Below, piece by piece: positions 32,863 to 44,640 of a DNA stretch of 64,000 nt. The notes below the pieces were generated by a model that saw only the letters and a list, made by a program, of their open reading frames with translations, did no database searches and had not been told where the DNA came from. Numbering within the stretch: position 1 is the first letter of the stretch; the number at the start of each line of letters is the position of its first letter. A program made the position numbers and the translations under genes. Source of the stretch: Sumerlaeia bacterium (lineage in GTDB: Bacteria > Sumerlaeota > Sumerlaeia > SLMS01 > JAHLLQ01); the NCBI GenBank assembly GCA_040219255.1, contig JAVJSW010000065.1, positions 58,059-122,058 on the forward strand. Reading direction: 5' to 3'.

Positions 32863-35022
32863 ATGAGAATCACATTCGCCTACAACCTGCGCACGGAACT
32901 CTCCGAGGCGCAGGCGGAATTGCTTTCGCAGGAAGATGTCGATCGCATCGGCAAAGCCCTCACCGACCTCAAGCACAAGGTCACCCGCGTGGAAGTCTCC
33001 GGCAGCCCGGAACGCTTCATCGCGGAATTGATCGCCAGCGAACCGGACCTCGTCTTCAACGTGGCGGAAGGCCACGTCGGCTCGAGCCGTGAGGCCTTCT
33101 ACCCGGGCCTCTACGAGCAACTCGGCCTGCCCTTCACCGGCGGCGACGCCTCGCTGCTGCACATGAACCTGGACAAGAATCTGTCGAAAACCGTCCTCTC
33201 GCAGCGGGGCGTGAACGTCCCCAAGGGCTTCTACGTCACCCGCCCGAACCAACCCATCCCCAAGAATGTCAACTATCCGCTGATCATCAAACCGAACAGC
33301 GAAGGCTCCTCGAAGGGCATTACCCGCGACAGCGTCGTGGAAACGGCGGAGGCCTGCCGCAAGCAGATCGACAAGATGATCGCGCTCTTTCCAGCGGGTC
33401 TCGTGGTCGAGGAGTTCATCGCCGGCCGCGAGCTGACCATTCCTTACTTGCAGGCATTTCCCGGCCAGTTGATGGAGGTGGTGGAACACACCTTCGACAT
33501 GGGCAAGCTCGGTGGGAAATACAACATTTACGACTACGACATGAAGCAGGGCGGCCAATCCGCCGAAGCCGTCGGTGTTCGATGCCCCGCCCCCCTCACG
33601 ACCGAAGAGCGGGAGGCGGTGTACGAACTGGCCCGCCACGTCTTTGAAGTCATGCCCTGCCCCGACTTCGGCCGCGTCGACGTCCGCATGAACGAACGAG
33701 GCGAACCCTACTTCATCGAGCTCAACCCCCTGCCGAGCCTCCACCCGAACGCATCGTTGATGACCGCTGGGCGCCACGCGGGGCTGGATTTCAAGGAGGT
33801 CATGCGGCTCATTATTCGCAGCGCCGCCAAAAGATACAACATCCCTCTGCGCCGCCCGCGCGCCATCGACATCACCAAAGTCCAGCAAGACGGGCAGCAG
33901 CGGCCCACCGCGCGGGAACTCGGAATTCGGGTCGGCCGCTTCGACACCGGCCGCAACAATGCCATCACCGACGTCAAGGGCGTGCGAGTGGGCCATGTGA
34001 CGACGATCAAGGACAACGTGGTCACCCATGGTGTGGCGGGATCATCCTGTATTCGCACCGGGGTTACAGCCATCGTCCCCGCCAGCGGCGACGTCTTTCA
34101 CCGCCGATTGGTGGCCGGGGGTTTCGTCCTCAATGGAGTCGGCGAAATGTCCGGCCTGACCCAGGCCATGGAGTGGGGATGGCTGGAATCGCCGATTCTG
34201 CTGACCAACTCTCTATCCGTGGGGCGCGTTCATGCCGGGGTCGTGAACCATTTCATGCGCCAGTATCCGGAACTCGGAAAACACACCGACGTGATGCTGC
34301 CCATCGTGGGAGAGTGCGACGATTCCTGGCTGAACGACGCCCGCATCGGGTTGAACGCCAGCCAGGACGCCAGCCGCGCCATCGAAGCCGCCACCCCCGG
34401 TCCCGTCGCGCAGGGCTCGGTCGGCGCCGGCACCGGCATGACCACCTTCGATTTCGCCGGAGGCATCGGAACCTCGTCGCGAGTGGTTTCAACCAGCCAG
34501 GGCCACTATACATTGGGCGTACTGGTCATGTCGAATTTCGGGCTGATGCCAAACCTGACGGTGGACGGACGGGTGGTGGGGCGGAAACTGGATCCGCTCT
34601 TCGATGTCGAACGGCGCACGAACAGTTACGGCTCGGTCATCGCAGTCATCGCGACAGACGCCCCGCTTCTCAGCAGCCAACTGAGCCGCGTTGCCAAGCG
34701 CGCCGCACTCGGCCTGGGCCGGGTCGGCTCCCACGCCGCTTCCACCAGCGGCGAAATTCTCATCGCCTTCAGCGCGGCCAACCGCCTGCCCCGCGTGCCG
34801 GAAAAAGCCGGCAAGCTCCTCAGCGTGGATTTCATCCCCGATCAGGGCATCAACGGGCTCTACGAAGGCGTCATCGAAGCCACCGAAGAAGCCGTGCTGA
34901 ACGCGATTTTCTGCAGCAATGGCATGACAGGCCGAAGCGGCCGAGTCTGCCCCGCACTCCCGCAAGACCGCGTTCTCGAATTCCTTTCTCAAGGTACTAT
35001 CGCCAATGTTAGTAATCAATAA
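32863..35022 (+). CDS. Fusion of D-Ala-D-Ala-ligase-like ATP-grasp domain and DmpA/P1 (S58) aminopeptidase
   Basis: N-half: DLVFNVAEG, LPFTG, DK, YPLIIKPNSEGSSKGI, VEEFIAGRE, GRVDVR, IELNPLP. C-half: NAITDVKGVRVGH, RTGVTAI, NGVGE, PILLTN, GSVGAGTGM, GGIGTSSR, SNFG, G|SVIAVIATDAPL. Confidence 0.92.
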   Translation: MRITFAYNLRTELSEAQAELLSQEDVDRIGKALTDLKHKVTRVEVSGSPERFIAELIASEPDLVFNVAEGHVGSSREAFYPGLYEQLGLPFTGGDASLLHMNLDKNLSKTVLSQRGVNVPKGFYVTRPNQPIPKNVNYPLIIKPNSEGSSKGITRDSVVETAEACRKQIDKMIALFPAGLVVEEFIAGRELTIPYLQAFPGQLMEVVEHTFDMGKLGGKYNIYDYDMKQGGQSAEAVGVRCPAPLTTEEREAVYELARHVFEVMPCPDFGRVDVRMNERGEPYFIELNPLPSLHPNASLMTAGRHAGLDFKEVMRLIIRSAAKRYNIPLRRPRAIDITKVQQDGQQRPTARELGIRVGRFDTGRNNAITDVKGVRVGHVTTIKDNVVTHGVAGSSCIRTGVTAIVPASGDVFHRRLVAGGFVLNGVGEMSGLTQAMEWGWLESPILLTNSLSVGRVHAGVVNHFMRQYPELGKHTDVMLPIVGECDDSWLNDARIGLNASQDASRAIEAATPGPVAQGSVGAGTGMTTFDFAGGIGTSSRVVSTSQGHYTLGVLVMSNFGLMPNLTVDGRVVGRKLDPLFDVERRTNSYGSVIAVIATDAPLLSSQLSRVAKRAALGLGRVGSHAASTSGEILIAFSAANRLPRVPEKAGKLLSVDFIPDQGINGLYEGVIEATEEAVLNAIFCSNGMTGRSGRVCPALPQDRVLEFLSQGTIANVSNQ

Positions 35023-36037
35023 CCCCCACTATATGCATCACCTTCCCGTCTGGGAATTTCGTCTGGGCACGGAGACCTATCGTACGCGCGACATTACAAA
35101 GCGCGCCGAGATCATTCAATCTGTATTGAAGGAAGAAGGAAGCTTTACCTTTCGCGACGCGAGCGAGTTTCCAAAGGAACGACTGGCCGCTCTCCATACC
35201 TACCACGATTTCATCGAACAAATCTGCGCCGGAATCGTGAAGGAGGACGAAGAAATCTACCCGGACCTCTTCCCCGGCGAGGGATTCGAAGGCGAACGCA
35301 AAATCCACCCGCTCTGGATGGGGATGTACTGCACGGACGCCGTGACCCCCTTGAAAAAGGGCACTTACCGCGCCGCCAAAGGCTCCGCCGATACCGCCAT
35401 GACAGCGGCCGAGATCCTGGCCAAGGGCGAAGAAAAGCGTGTGTACGCCCTCTGCCGCCCCTCCGGCCATCACGCCGGCCCTCGGGTCTTCGGCGGCTAT
35501 TGCTATTTCAACAATGCAGGCATGGCCGCGCAGCTCTTGAGCGAAACGTTCGAACGCGTGGCGCTGCTCGATATCGACTTCCACCACGGCAACGGTACGC
35601 AGGAACTTTTCTACGAACGCGGCGATATCTTCACCGCTTCGATGCATTGCGATCCCGACGTGGAATATCCTTACTATACCGGATACAAGAAAGAGACAGG
35701 CCGGGGCGCGGGCGAGGGCGCGAACCTCAATCTGCCCCTCGCCCGATCGTCCGATACGCACGCCTACCTGCGTGCGTGCGACGAATTCCTGTCAGCGATG
35801 GAGCGCTACCAACCCGAGGCTCTCGTCATCGCTGGCGGCTGGGACACACACGAATTCGACCCCATCGGCGCCTTCAAAGGCGGCTTCCCCACGGAAAGCT
35901 TCCGTCTCGTGGGCGAACGCCTCGGACAAATCGGCTGCCCAACCCTCGTCGTGCAGGAAGGCGGCTACAACCTCGAGGTCCTCGGCGAAAGCGCCCTCAA
36001 CTTCCTTCTCGGTTTCCGGTCGTCTCACAACCGCTGA
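35006..36037 (+). CDS. Histone deacetylase-family protein, acetylpolyamine amidohydrolase-like
   Basis: CRPSGHHAG, GGYCYFNN, DIDFHHGNGTQ, GWDTH..DP, QEGGY; start overlaps the upstream gene by 17 nt. Confidence 0.92.
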   Translation: MLVINNPHYMHHLPVWEFRLGTETYRTRDITKRAEIIQSVLKEEGSFTFRDASEFPKERLAALHTYHDFIEQICAGIVKEDEEIYPDLFPGEGFEGERKIHPLWMGMYCTDAVTPLKKGTYRAAKGSADTAMTAAEILAKGEEKRVYALCRPSGHHAGPRVFGGYCYFNNAGMAAQLLSETFERVALLDIDFHHGNGTQELFYERGDIFTASMHCDPDVEYPYYTGYKKETGRGAGEGANLNLPLARSSDTHAYLRACDEFLSAMERYQPEALVIAGGWDTHEFDPIGAFKGGFPTESFRLVGERLGQIGCPTLVVQEGGYNLEVLGESALNFLLGFRSSHNR

Positions 36038-36052
36038 GTTTTGGCCGGTGCC

Positions 36053-37501
36053 CTACCCCTTCTTCGGCCACTGAACCAACTCGGTAAAGTCGATGCCGTG
36101 CTTTGCCCGCGCGGCCGCTGTCAGGCGCGCCGTCGTCACGTTCGCCCGGCATACCACCGTCTTCTCGGACTGGCCGCAGATTTTGCCGCGCTCGACGACA
36201 ATTTTTCCGTTTATAATACTATAATCGACGTGAGTGTTCGTCCCGCACATCAGCAAACCCGCCACCGGGTCCGTGCTCGGCCCGCCCGCGTAGCCGTACT
36301 GATCCAGGTCGAACAGCACGATGTCCGCCGGACAGCCCTCCGCGATCTGGCCCAGGCTCGGATTGTCCAGCACCGCCGCCCCGCCCCGCGTCAGCATTCG
36401 CAGAACATCGCGCGCCTGCAGCGAATGCACGCCCCAGGTGGCCCGGTGAACCTTCAGCGCGAAGGCCGCCTCGCCCAGCAAACTCCCCGAATCGTTCGAT
36501 GATGTGCCGTCCACCGCGAGGCCCACCTTCACGCCCGCCTCCAGCATCTCCGGCACGGGCGCCACGCCACTACCCAGGCGCGCGTTGGCGCTGGGGCAAT
36601 GGGCCACGCCGATTCCGGCGTCGGCGAAGTGGCGGATTTCCTCGCTGTTGAGTTTCACACAGTGCGCGAACCAGACGTTTCCGCCGTCCCAGCCCAGCCG
36701 CCGCACGTACTCGAAGGGCCGGCAGCCAAAACGCTCCAGGCAATAAACGTCCTCGTCGCTCGTCTCCGCCAGGTGCGTGTGGATGCGCACCTTGTAGTGC
36801 GTAGCCAGGCGGGCGGTTTCGCGGAAAAGCTCTTCCTTCGCGTTGAAGGGCGCGCAGGGCGCCAGATGCACCCGAGTCATCGCGTCATCGACGGGATTGT
36901 GGTACTTGCTCACCACGCGGTCATAATCCGCCAGAACCCGCTCCGGGTCCTCCGTCAACGTCATCGGCGGCAACCCGCCATCGTCCACGCCCAGCGTCAT
37001 GCTGCCCCGCGTCGGATAGAACCGCAGCCCCAAGTCCGCCGCCGCGCGAAAAGTCTCGTCCAGCAGTTCGACCGGCTGAGCCACCGGAAAGAGATAATGG
37101 TGATCCGTCGAGGTCGTGCAGCCCGTCAGGATCAGCTCCGACTGACTCAGCAGCGCCCCGGTGTAGATCGCGTCCGGGTCGCAGTTCTCCCACACCTTGT
37201 AGTTTTCCACGAGCCACTCGAACAACTCGGCGTTCTGCACCCGAGGCAGAACCCGGGTCAGCACCTGCCACAGGTGATGGTGGCAGTTCACGAAGCCCGG
37301 CAGGACCAGGTGACTCGACGCGTCGATGGCGGGCGTATCGGCGGGGATGCGCTCCGGCATGGCGGCGCGCAGGTTGGGCCCGATGGCGGCCACGCGGTTG
37401 CCCTCGATCAGGATATCCTGACCGCGCAGCTCGCGCTCCTGGTCGTCCATGGTGGCGATGTGGCGGCAGTTTTCGATCAGCAAACGTTCGGGTTGGCTCA
37501 C
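36053..37501 (-). CDS. Metal-dependent amidohydrolase, 8-oxoguanine deaminase/AtzB-like
   Basis: PGFVNCHHHLWQ, GCTTSTDHHY, HTHLAET, WFAHCV, HCPSAN.RLGSG, LAVDGTSSND; GTG at 37501 preceded by AAGGAG. Confidence 0.88.
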   Translation of the reverse strand: MSQPERLLIENCRHIATMDDQERELRGQDILIEGNRVAAIGPNLRAAMPERIPADTPAIDASSHLVLPGFVNCHHHLWQVLTRVLPRVQNAELFEWLVENYKVWENCDPDAIYTGALLSQSELILTGCTTSTDHHYLFPVAQPVELLDETFRAAADLGLRFYPTRGSMTLGVDDGGLPPMTLTEDPERVLADYDRVVSKYHNPVDDAMTRVHLAPCAPFNAKEELFRETARLATHYKVRIHTHLAETSDEDVYCLERFGCRPFEYVRRLGWDGGNVWFAHCVKLNSEEIRHFADAGIGVAHCPSANARLGSGVAPVPEMLEAGVKVGLAVDGTSSNDSGSLLGEAAFALKVHRATWGVHSLQARDVLRMLTRGGAAVLDNPSLGQIAEGCPADIVLFDLDQYGYAGGPSTDPVAGLLMCGTNTHVDYSIINGKIVVERGKICGQSEKTVVCRANVTTARLTAAARAKHGIDFTELVQWPKKG

Positions 37502-37661
37502 GGCGCGGCGGGTCTCCTTGGCGAGGTCAAGCACAGGAGGAAACCGGCCCGGCGCCGCAGATGCAAGCTGGAAAAGCCACGGCGCGCGGTGTCCCGGTCT
37601 GGAGCCGTGGAACGGATGTAGCTTCATCCCAGTCTCCAATCTGTCAGAAGAAAGGAAGAGC

Positions 37662-40600
37662 ATGCTCTCCGGAACTCTAGCCCACCCAACCGGCTCGAAT
37701 CACCGATGCCCGATTTTCGGCACACTTCTTCTCGCGTTCGCACTTGTGTTCGTTTCTGATCCAAAGCCGTGCGCCGCAGATTGGAGCACACACCGGGCCG
37801 ACGCCGGCCGGTCCGGCTCCGTCTCCGGCGAGTCCGCTCCAACCTGGCCACTGGAAATCTACACCAAGTTCAACGGAGGTCCCGACAGCCGCTACGCGAA
37901 CCTGATCGTGTCGGACCGCCGGGTTTTCATGCAGAACGCATCCGTGCTTTGGGCCATTCAATTCGGAGGCAACACGGTCCTCAACAACGTGTGGACCCGG
38001 CGGATCGAAGAGTTCACCGATGCCGAGTACTTCATCAATCACCCCGCACTCTATGGGGACGAGATCGTGGCTGGGGTTCAAAGACCTTCCGGCATTGAAA
38101 TCATCTTCCTGGACCGCGAAGACGGCCAGACCCTTCGCCGCTTCACGATCGAGAACGGCACGAACGTGGACATGACCGCGACCTCCAGCGATATCTTCAT
38201 GCGCTGGAGCGAGGAAACGGCCGACGACACAATCCCCCGTCTTTCCCGCTTCGATTTCGCCACCGGCAACGAAGACTGGACAGTGGAAGTCGATCAGCGC
38301 GTCAAGACTCAGAGCATCTTCTACGGCTCTCCCCACATCTTCCGCCAACTCGACGACGGAATCGCCGCCCATGACGAGGCGACCGGCGAGGAGCGCTGGC
38401 GCTACGATCCTAACGGCGGCTACGGAGGCTATGCGGTGTGGGAAGACAGCGTGTTCTTCGTCCGGGACGGCAACCTGGAAAAACTTCAAGGAAGCGACGG
38501 CAGCCTCCTGTGGGACACCGATCTAAACCCCGAATGCACGGAAGGCAGCAAAACGGTCGTCACCGACGGCAATCTCGTGGCGGTGCATGGTGTCTGCCGC
38601 AGCTTCATCGTGGTCGCCGATTTCGACACGGGCGAAATTCTCTGGAGCCGCGACTACACCGAATTGCCCATCGAAGGCGGTTCGGCCGTTCTGCCGATGG
38701 TTCTCGCGGACGGGATTCTTTATGCGATGATCAATCCCGAGGGCGGCCTGCAATCGGACAAGGTCGCCATCATCGATGCGGCCTCCGGAAACGAAATGGG
38801 CCGCATTCCGGTTGGCCCGCTGATTCCGCTCAGCCTCGCCCTGGAGGATAGCCTCCTCTACATCGCCTCGGAAGAGGGCGGCCACGAACAAGCTCAGGCG
38901 CTCGAAGTTTACGAAGGCGCTCCTTCCGACATGCGCCTCGAAATGGTTTCCCAGCCAAGTTGCACCGGCATCGTCGATCAGGAACTCAGCTATCGTTTCC
39001 GGGTTGTACAACCCCGTGATGTTCTGATTCGGGACGTGGAACTCTCCATCATGACCTCGCCCAGCGACAACACCGTCAATTCGCCCATGGGTTCCTGCTC
39101 CGGCAATGCCGTCATCACCTGCGTTATCGGAAACCTCAAGGACTCGCAGAGCTTCGAAGTGGAACTCATCGCCAAGCCCAAGAACCCTGGCCGCTTCGTT
39201 GTGCAGGCGTCGGTCTCCCACGCGACGCGCGATCCCAATGGCAAGAACAACACCCTGACCCGGGAGATCGACGTCACACAGCCGCCGCCGGGGGACTACG
39301 ACTTGCGAGCCGACTGGATGGAGATCACGCAGGGCATTCAGAACAGGGCGCTCGATGTCCCTCTGGTCGCGCACAAAGGAACTTACGTCCGGCTCTATCC
39401 CGACTTCGACGAAATGAGCATACCCAATGTAACCGCCGAGCTTCGTGGCACGCGGGGCGGCGAAGCCTTGCCCGGCTCTCCCCTCCAGATGGTGCGCCCC
39501 TGCATGACGCTGGAGAAAAGCAGCACCAATCTGCGCGAGGAACCGCTCAAGACCATGAACTTTCTTCTGCCGCCAGAGTGGCGCTCTGGAGAAGTCACCC
39601 TGGAGGCGGTCATCAACCCGACGAGACAACTTCCCGAAAGCGATTACGATAATAACAGCATCACGGAAACCGTGCTCTTTGCCGACAACCCCCCAATCTG
39701 CCTCAAGACTTATTCCGTCCTGACAGAAGACAGTAACGGCAACGAACTCACGTCCTCGATTTTTGGGATTTTTGGCGGCCGCCAGCTCCAGCAACGCGAG
39801 GACGAATTCAAGCAGCGGGCACTAACCCGGCTGCCAACGCACGAAATCGACGTCCATCCCCAGGCGGTTACCCTGACGGGCTTCGGAGGCAGCGCCATTC
39901 CGCTGACCGACGATACCGACCAGTCCAACCAAATCCTGCGGAAACTCTACTTGATCGATCAAACGTCACACGATCCCCAATCGTGCAATGACGCGCGGTC
40001 GCGAACCATTTACACCGGCACCATCGCCGCCGACACCAACACCGACTATGGCGGCAAGGCGATTCGTGGCCACGACTCGATGCTCGTGACATTCGAGGGA
40101 GGAAGCTTGACCGATGGCTCGCAAAGCCCCTCGGGCGCCCTTTCCCTCGCTCACGAAATCGGCCACGTCTATGGCCTCCGCCACATCGACTGCGGAGGCC
40201 CGGACGGCCCGTTTCAAGACGACTACCCTTACGACAACTGCGCGATGGGACCGTCGGGTTTCGATCAGTTCTGGGCCACCGACTTCGTCGTGCCGACAAC
40301 GCCCACTGTCCTCAACCCCGACAACACCGCCCCGATGATGAGCTACGCGGACCCTTCGTGGATTCCCGACGTAAACTGGAACCACATCGCATCCCAGGTT
40401 TATTGCAACGACTTCACCGGCGTCTGCACGTGGCCGCCGGGTCTCAAGCAGGCGCAACAGTCTCCCCAGACCGGCAGCTCGGAGCTGGCGAACTACGGCG
40501 AATTCCGTCAATCTTCCCAGGTACTCCTGATCAGCGGGATCATCCAGGGTGGCTCCACAACCCTTGATCTTAGCCGTGTCGAACCTTCCACGCTGCCGGA

Positions 40601-41465
40601 GAAAAAGCTGCTCCGCCTATGGAAGGAGACCCAGCGCGGCACCAAGCAAGGCAGCAGCTTCGCGGCCCAGCTTCTTGACGAGATGGACAACGTGCTTTCG
40701 GAGAAGGCTTTCGAAACCGTTGAAGTGGCGGAGGACTTCGAGGGAGCCAGCTTCTTCGATCTGACCATGGAGTTCGATCCGCAGGCTCAATCCCTTCGCA
40801 TCCTCCAGGATGGGACGACCCTCGTGGAGCGGACATTTTCTCCGAACGCGCCGACGGTCGAGGTGCTCATGCCGGAAGGCGGAGAGGAAGCTGGCGAAGA
40901 ATTGGACATCTCCTGGAACGCCAACGATCCCGACGGTGACGATCTGACATATTTGATCCAGTACAGCAATGACAACGGGTCGCGGTGGAACACCCTCGAA
41001 GCGAACTACGACAGCCAGCAATTGACCGTTCCGACAGAACTGCTGGAGGGAAACGCCCAGGACAATTCCTGTCTCGTTCGTGTGATCGCCAACGATGGCG
41101 CCAATACCGCAATGGACGTTTCGGAGGCTTTCACCGTTTCAGACCGCGCGCCTCAGGCCGCCATTCTGGCCCCCAATGAGGGCGAAACGTTTTCCATCGA
41201 GGCGACGGTGCTCGTCCGCGGAACCGGCTACGATCCCGAAGGCGGCGAATTCCAAGGCCAAGAAATGACCTGGTTCCTCGACGGAGAGGAACTCGACGAA
41301 ACCGGTCCGGAAATCCACCTGACAGACTTGTACGCTGGCACTTACGAGCTGAATCTCGAAGTCACCGACAGCGAAAACCAAGTCGCCACCGACACACTTA
41401 CTTTTGTCGTGGAAGCACCGGCTTTCGAACCCACGTTCGAGCGTACCGGATGGATGATCGATTAG
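37662..41465 (+). CDS. Secreted multidomain zinc metalloprotease: PQQ/BamB-like beta-propeller, DUF11/CARDB-like domains, metzincin, Ig/PKD-like tail
   Basis: AAAGGA before ATG 37662; signal peptide; Trp-docking propeller repeats (TGEERW, DGSLLW, TGEILW); HEIGHVYGLRH (40152-40184) with Met-turn PMMSY. Confidence 0.8.
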   Translation: MLSGTLAHPTGSNHRCPIFGTLLLAFALVFVSDPKPCAADWSTHRADAGRSGSVSGESAPTWPLEIYTKFNGGPDSRYANLIVSDRRVFMQNASVLWAIQFGGNTVLNNVWTRRIEEFTDAEYFINHPALYGDEIVAGVQRPSGIEIIFLDREDGQTLRRFTIENGTNVDMTATSSDIFMRWSEETADDTIPRLSRFDFATGNEDWTVEVDQRVKTQSIFYGSPHIFRQLDDGIAAHDEATGEERWRYDPNGGYGGYAVWEDSVFFVRDGNLEKLQGSDGSLLWDTDLNPECTEGSKTVVTDGNLVAVHGVCRSFIVVADFDTGEILWSRDYTELPIEGGSAVLPMVLADGILYAMINPEGGLQSDKVAIIDAASGNEMGRIPVGPLIPLSLALEDSLLYIASEEGGHEQAQALEVYEGAPSDMRLEMVSQPSCTGIVDQELSYRFRVVQPRDVLIRDVELSIMTSPSDNTVNSPMGSCSGNAVITCVIGNLKDSQSFEVELIAKPKNPGRFVVQASVSHATRDPNGKNNTLTREIDVTQPPPGDYDLRADWMEITQGIQNRALDVPLVAHKGTYVRLYPDFDEMSIPNVTAELRGTRGGEALPGSPLQMVRPCMTLEKSSTNLREEPLKTMNFLLPPEWRSGEVTLEAVINPTRQLPESDYDNNSITETVLFADNPPICLKTYSVLTEDSNGNELTSSIFGIFGGRQLQQREDEFKQRALTRLPTHEIDVHPQAVTLTGFGGSAIPLTDDTDQSNQILRKLYLIDQTSHDPQSCNDARSRTIYTGTIAADTNTDYGGKAIRGHDSMLVTFEGGSLTDGSQSPSGALSLAHEIGHVYGLRHIDCGGPDGPFQDDYPYDNCAMGPSGFDQFWATDFVVPTTPTVLNPDNTAPMMSYADPSWIPDVNWNHIASQVYCNDFTGVCTWPPGLKQAQQSPQTGSSELANYGEFRQSSQVLLISGIIQGGSTTLDLSRVEPSTLPEKKLLRLWKETQRGTKQGSSFAAQLLDEMDNVLSEKAFETVEVAEDFEGASFFDLTMEFDPQAQSLRILQDGTTLVERTFSPNAPTVEVLMPEGGEEAGEELDISWNANDPDGDDLTYLIQYSNDNGSRWNTLEANYDSQQLTVPTELLEGNAQDNSCLVRVIANDGANTAMDVSEAFTVSDRAPQAAILAPNEGETFSIEATVLVRGTGYDPEGGEFQGQEMTWFLDGEELDETGPEIHLTDLYAGTYELNLEVTDSENQVATDTLTFVVEAPAFEPTFERTGWMID

Positions 41466-41530
41466 CGTGGGCCGGCCCAACGGAGCGGCTAGGCAGGCCT
41501 TCGGCACAACACGGAGGTGGCGGTTCGGCC

Positions 41531-41884
41531 TCAGCCTTCCTTCCTCTCCTGCCACGGCCATTTGCCCGTCAGCTCGACCTCCAACGTGAAGCTGAGGAAC
41601 GTTCGGACCAGGACGATGATGGCGAGCACGCCGACGGAACGAAAGCTCAGCTCGACAGCCACCGACTCGATGATGTCCGCCGCCACCAGGTATTCCAGGC
41701 CCAGCAGGATTCCGCGGCCGAGCCGCTGCCTGACTTGCTGGAAGGCGTCCTCGGAAGCCCGCCGCACGAGCATCGTCAAGGCGTGGACCAGCGAATAGAT
41801 GGTCGCCATGGCGATGACGGCGATTCCGACGGCCTCGACTCCCGCGGCGCACCATTCGGCGAATGGTTTGACGATTTCTGACAT
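41531..41884 (-). CDS. DUF1622 membrane protein
   Basis: [21 protein letters not shown]...[26 protein letters not shown] family pattern. Confidence 0.9.
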   Translation of the reverse strand: MSEIVKPFAEWCAAGVEAVGIAVIAMATIYSLVHALTMLVRRASEDAFQQVRQRLGRGILLGLEYLVAADIIESVAVELSFRSVGVLAIIVLVRTFLSFTLEVELTGKWPWQERKEG

Positions 41885-42073
41885 CTCGGTGGCCCTCCTT
41901 CAATGCTGCCGGTGAGCCCCATCGCCGTAGCCAGTCCCACGCCTTGGGAGACCGTTCGGGCTTTCGCGGCCCCCAGGAAGCCGCTCGTCAAATTGAGGGT
42001 TGGCCCGTCGGCTTACCCTTTGCTAAGTCTTTTCTACCCGAACCTCGAACCCAGGGATTTGACAGGAGCCCAC

Positions 42074-43810
<1,737 letters not shown>

Positions 43811-43813
43811 TCC

Positions 43814-44614
43814 ATGAAGCCACTCAGCGAAGCGGAAGAGCTTCGTCTTCAGCAGTTCTTCGAGAAGCTGGCGGCGTCGAAGACAAGGCTGCTGCTGCTG
43901 GACTACGACGGCACGCTGGCCCCGTTCCAGGAGCGGCGCGACCAGGCCTTTCCGGCGCCCGGCGTTCGCGAAGCCGTGCAGGCTATCCTGCGGCAAGGCC
44001 GCACCCGCGTCGCCGTTATCAGCGGCCGCGCCATCGCCGACCTTCGCCCCCTCCTCGGCATCGAACCGCCGCCGGAAATGTGGGGCAGCCACGGCCGTGA
44101 ACACCTGACGCCGGATGGCCACTACGAAACGTTGGATCTGACACCGGCCGCCGAAGCGGGGCTGACAAGTGCCGAAAAATGGGCACTCGAGCGCGATCTC
44201 CACCCCCACATCGAACGCAAACCCGGCTGCATCGCGATTCACTGGCGCTCGATGAACGACGGCGAGCGACAGCAATTTCCAGCCGCCGCGAAAACCGCCT
44301 GGTCCGCACTGACTCGGCCGGCCACGCTCGAACTCCATGAGTTCGACGGCGGACTTGAGCTGAGAGTGCCGGGCCGAAACAAGGGGGACGCCGTTCGTGC
44401 CATATTGGACAATATGGACTTAGATGGCCTGACTTGTGCATTCCTGGGCGACGACCTGACGGATGAAGACGCTTTCGCCGTTCTCCGTCCGCTGGGCCAA
44501 TTGTGCGTCCTCGTAAGACCCGAACATCGCTCGACTCTGGCCACGGTCTGGATTAGACCCTATGACGACCTGCTCGAGTTTCTCTATCGATGGAAGGAGT
44601 CTATCGCGGACTGA
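43814..44614 (+). CDS. otsB: Trehalose-6-phosphate phosphatase (HAD IIB)
   Basis: LLDYDGTL, ISGR, GSHGRE, NKG, FLGDDLTDEDAF. Confidence 0.93.
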   Translation: MKPLSEAEELRLQQFFEKLAASKTRLLLLDYDGTLAPFQERRDQAFPAPGVREAVQAILRQGRTRVAVISGRAIADLRPLLGIEPPPEMWGSHGREHLTPDGHYETLDLTPAAEAGLTSAEKWALERDLHPHIERKPGCIAIHWRSMNDGERQQFPAAAKTAWSALTRPATLELHEFDGGLELRVPGRNKGDAVRAILDNMDLDGLTCAFLGDDLTDEDAFAVLRPLGQLCVLVRPEHRSTLATVWIRPYDDLLEFLYRWKESIAD

Positions 44615-44640
44615 ACCACCCCGTTTATTGATCTGAGGTT

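Noticed and set aside
32863-33840. Housekeeping ddl or vancomycin-resistance ligase
   Set aside because: Lacks the N-terminal GG.S.E and LHG..GEDG motifs of canonical Ddl/Van ligases and has no cell-wall gene context.
37449-37663. Head-to-head overlap of amidohydrolase and protease ORFs
   Set aside because: Disappears with the SD-supported starts at 37501 (-) and 37662 (+).
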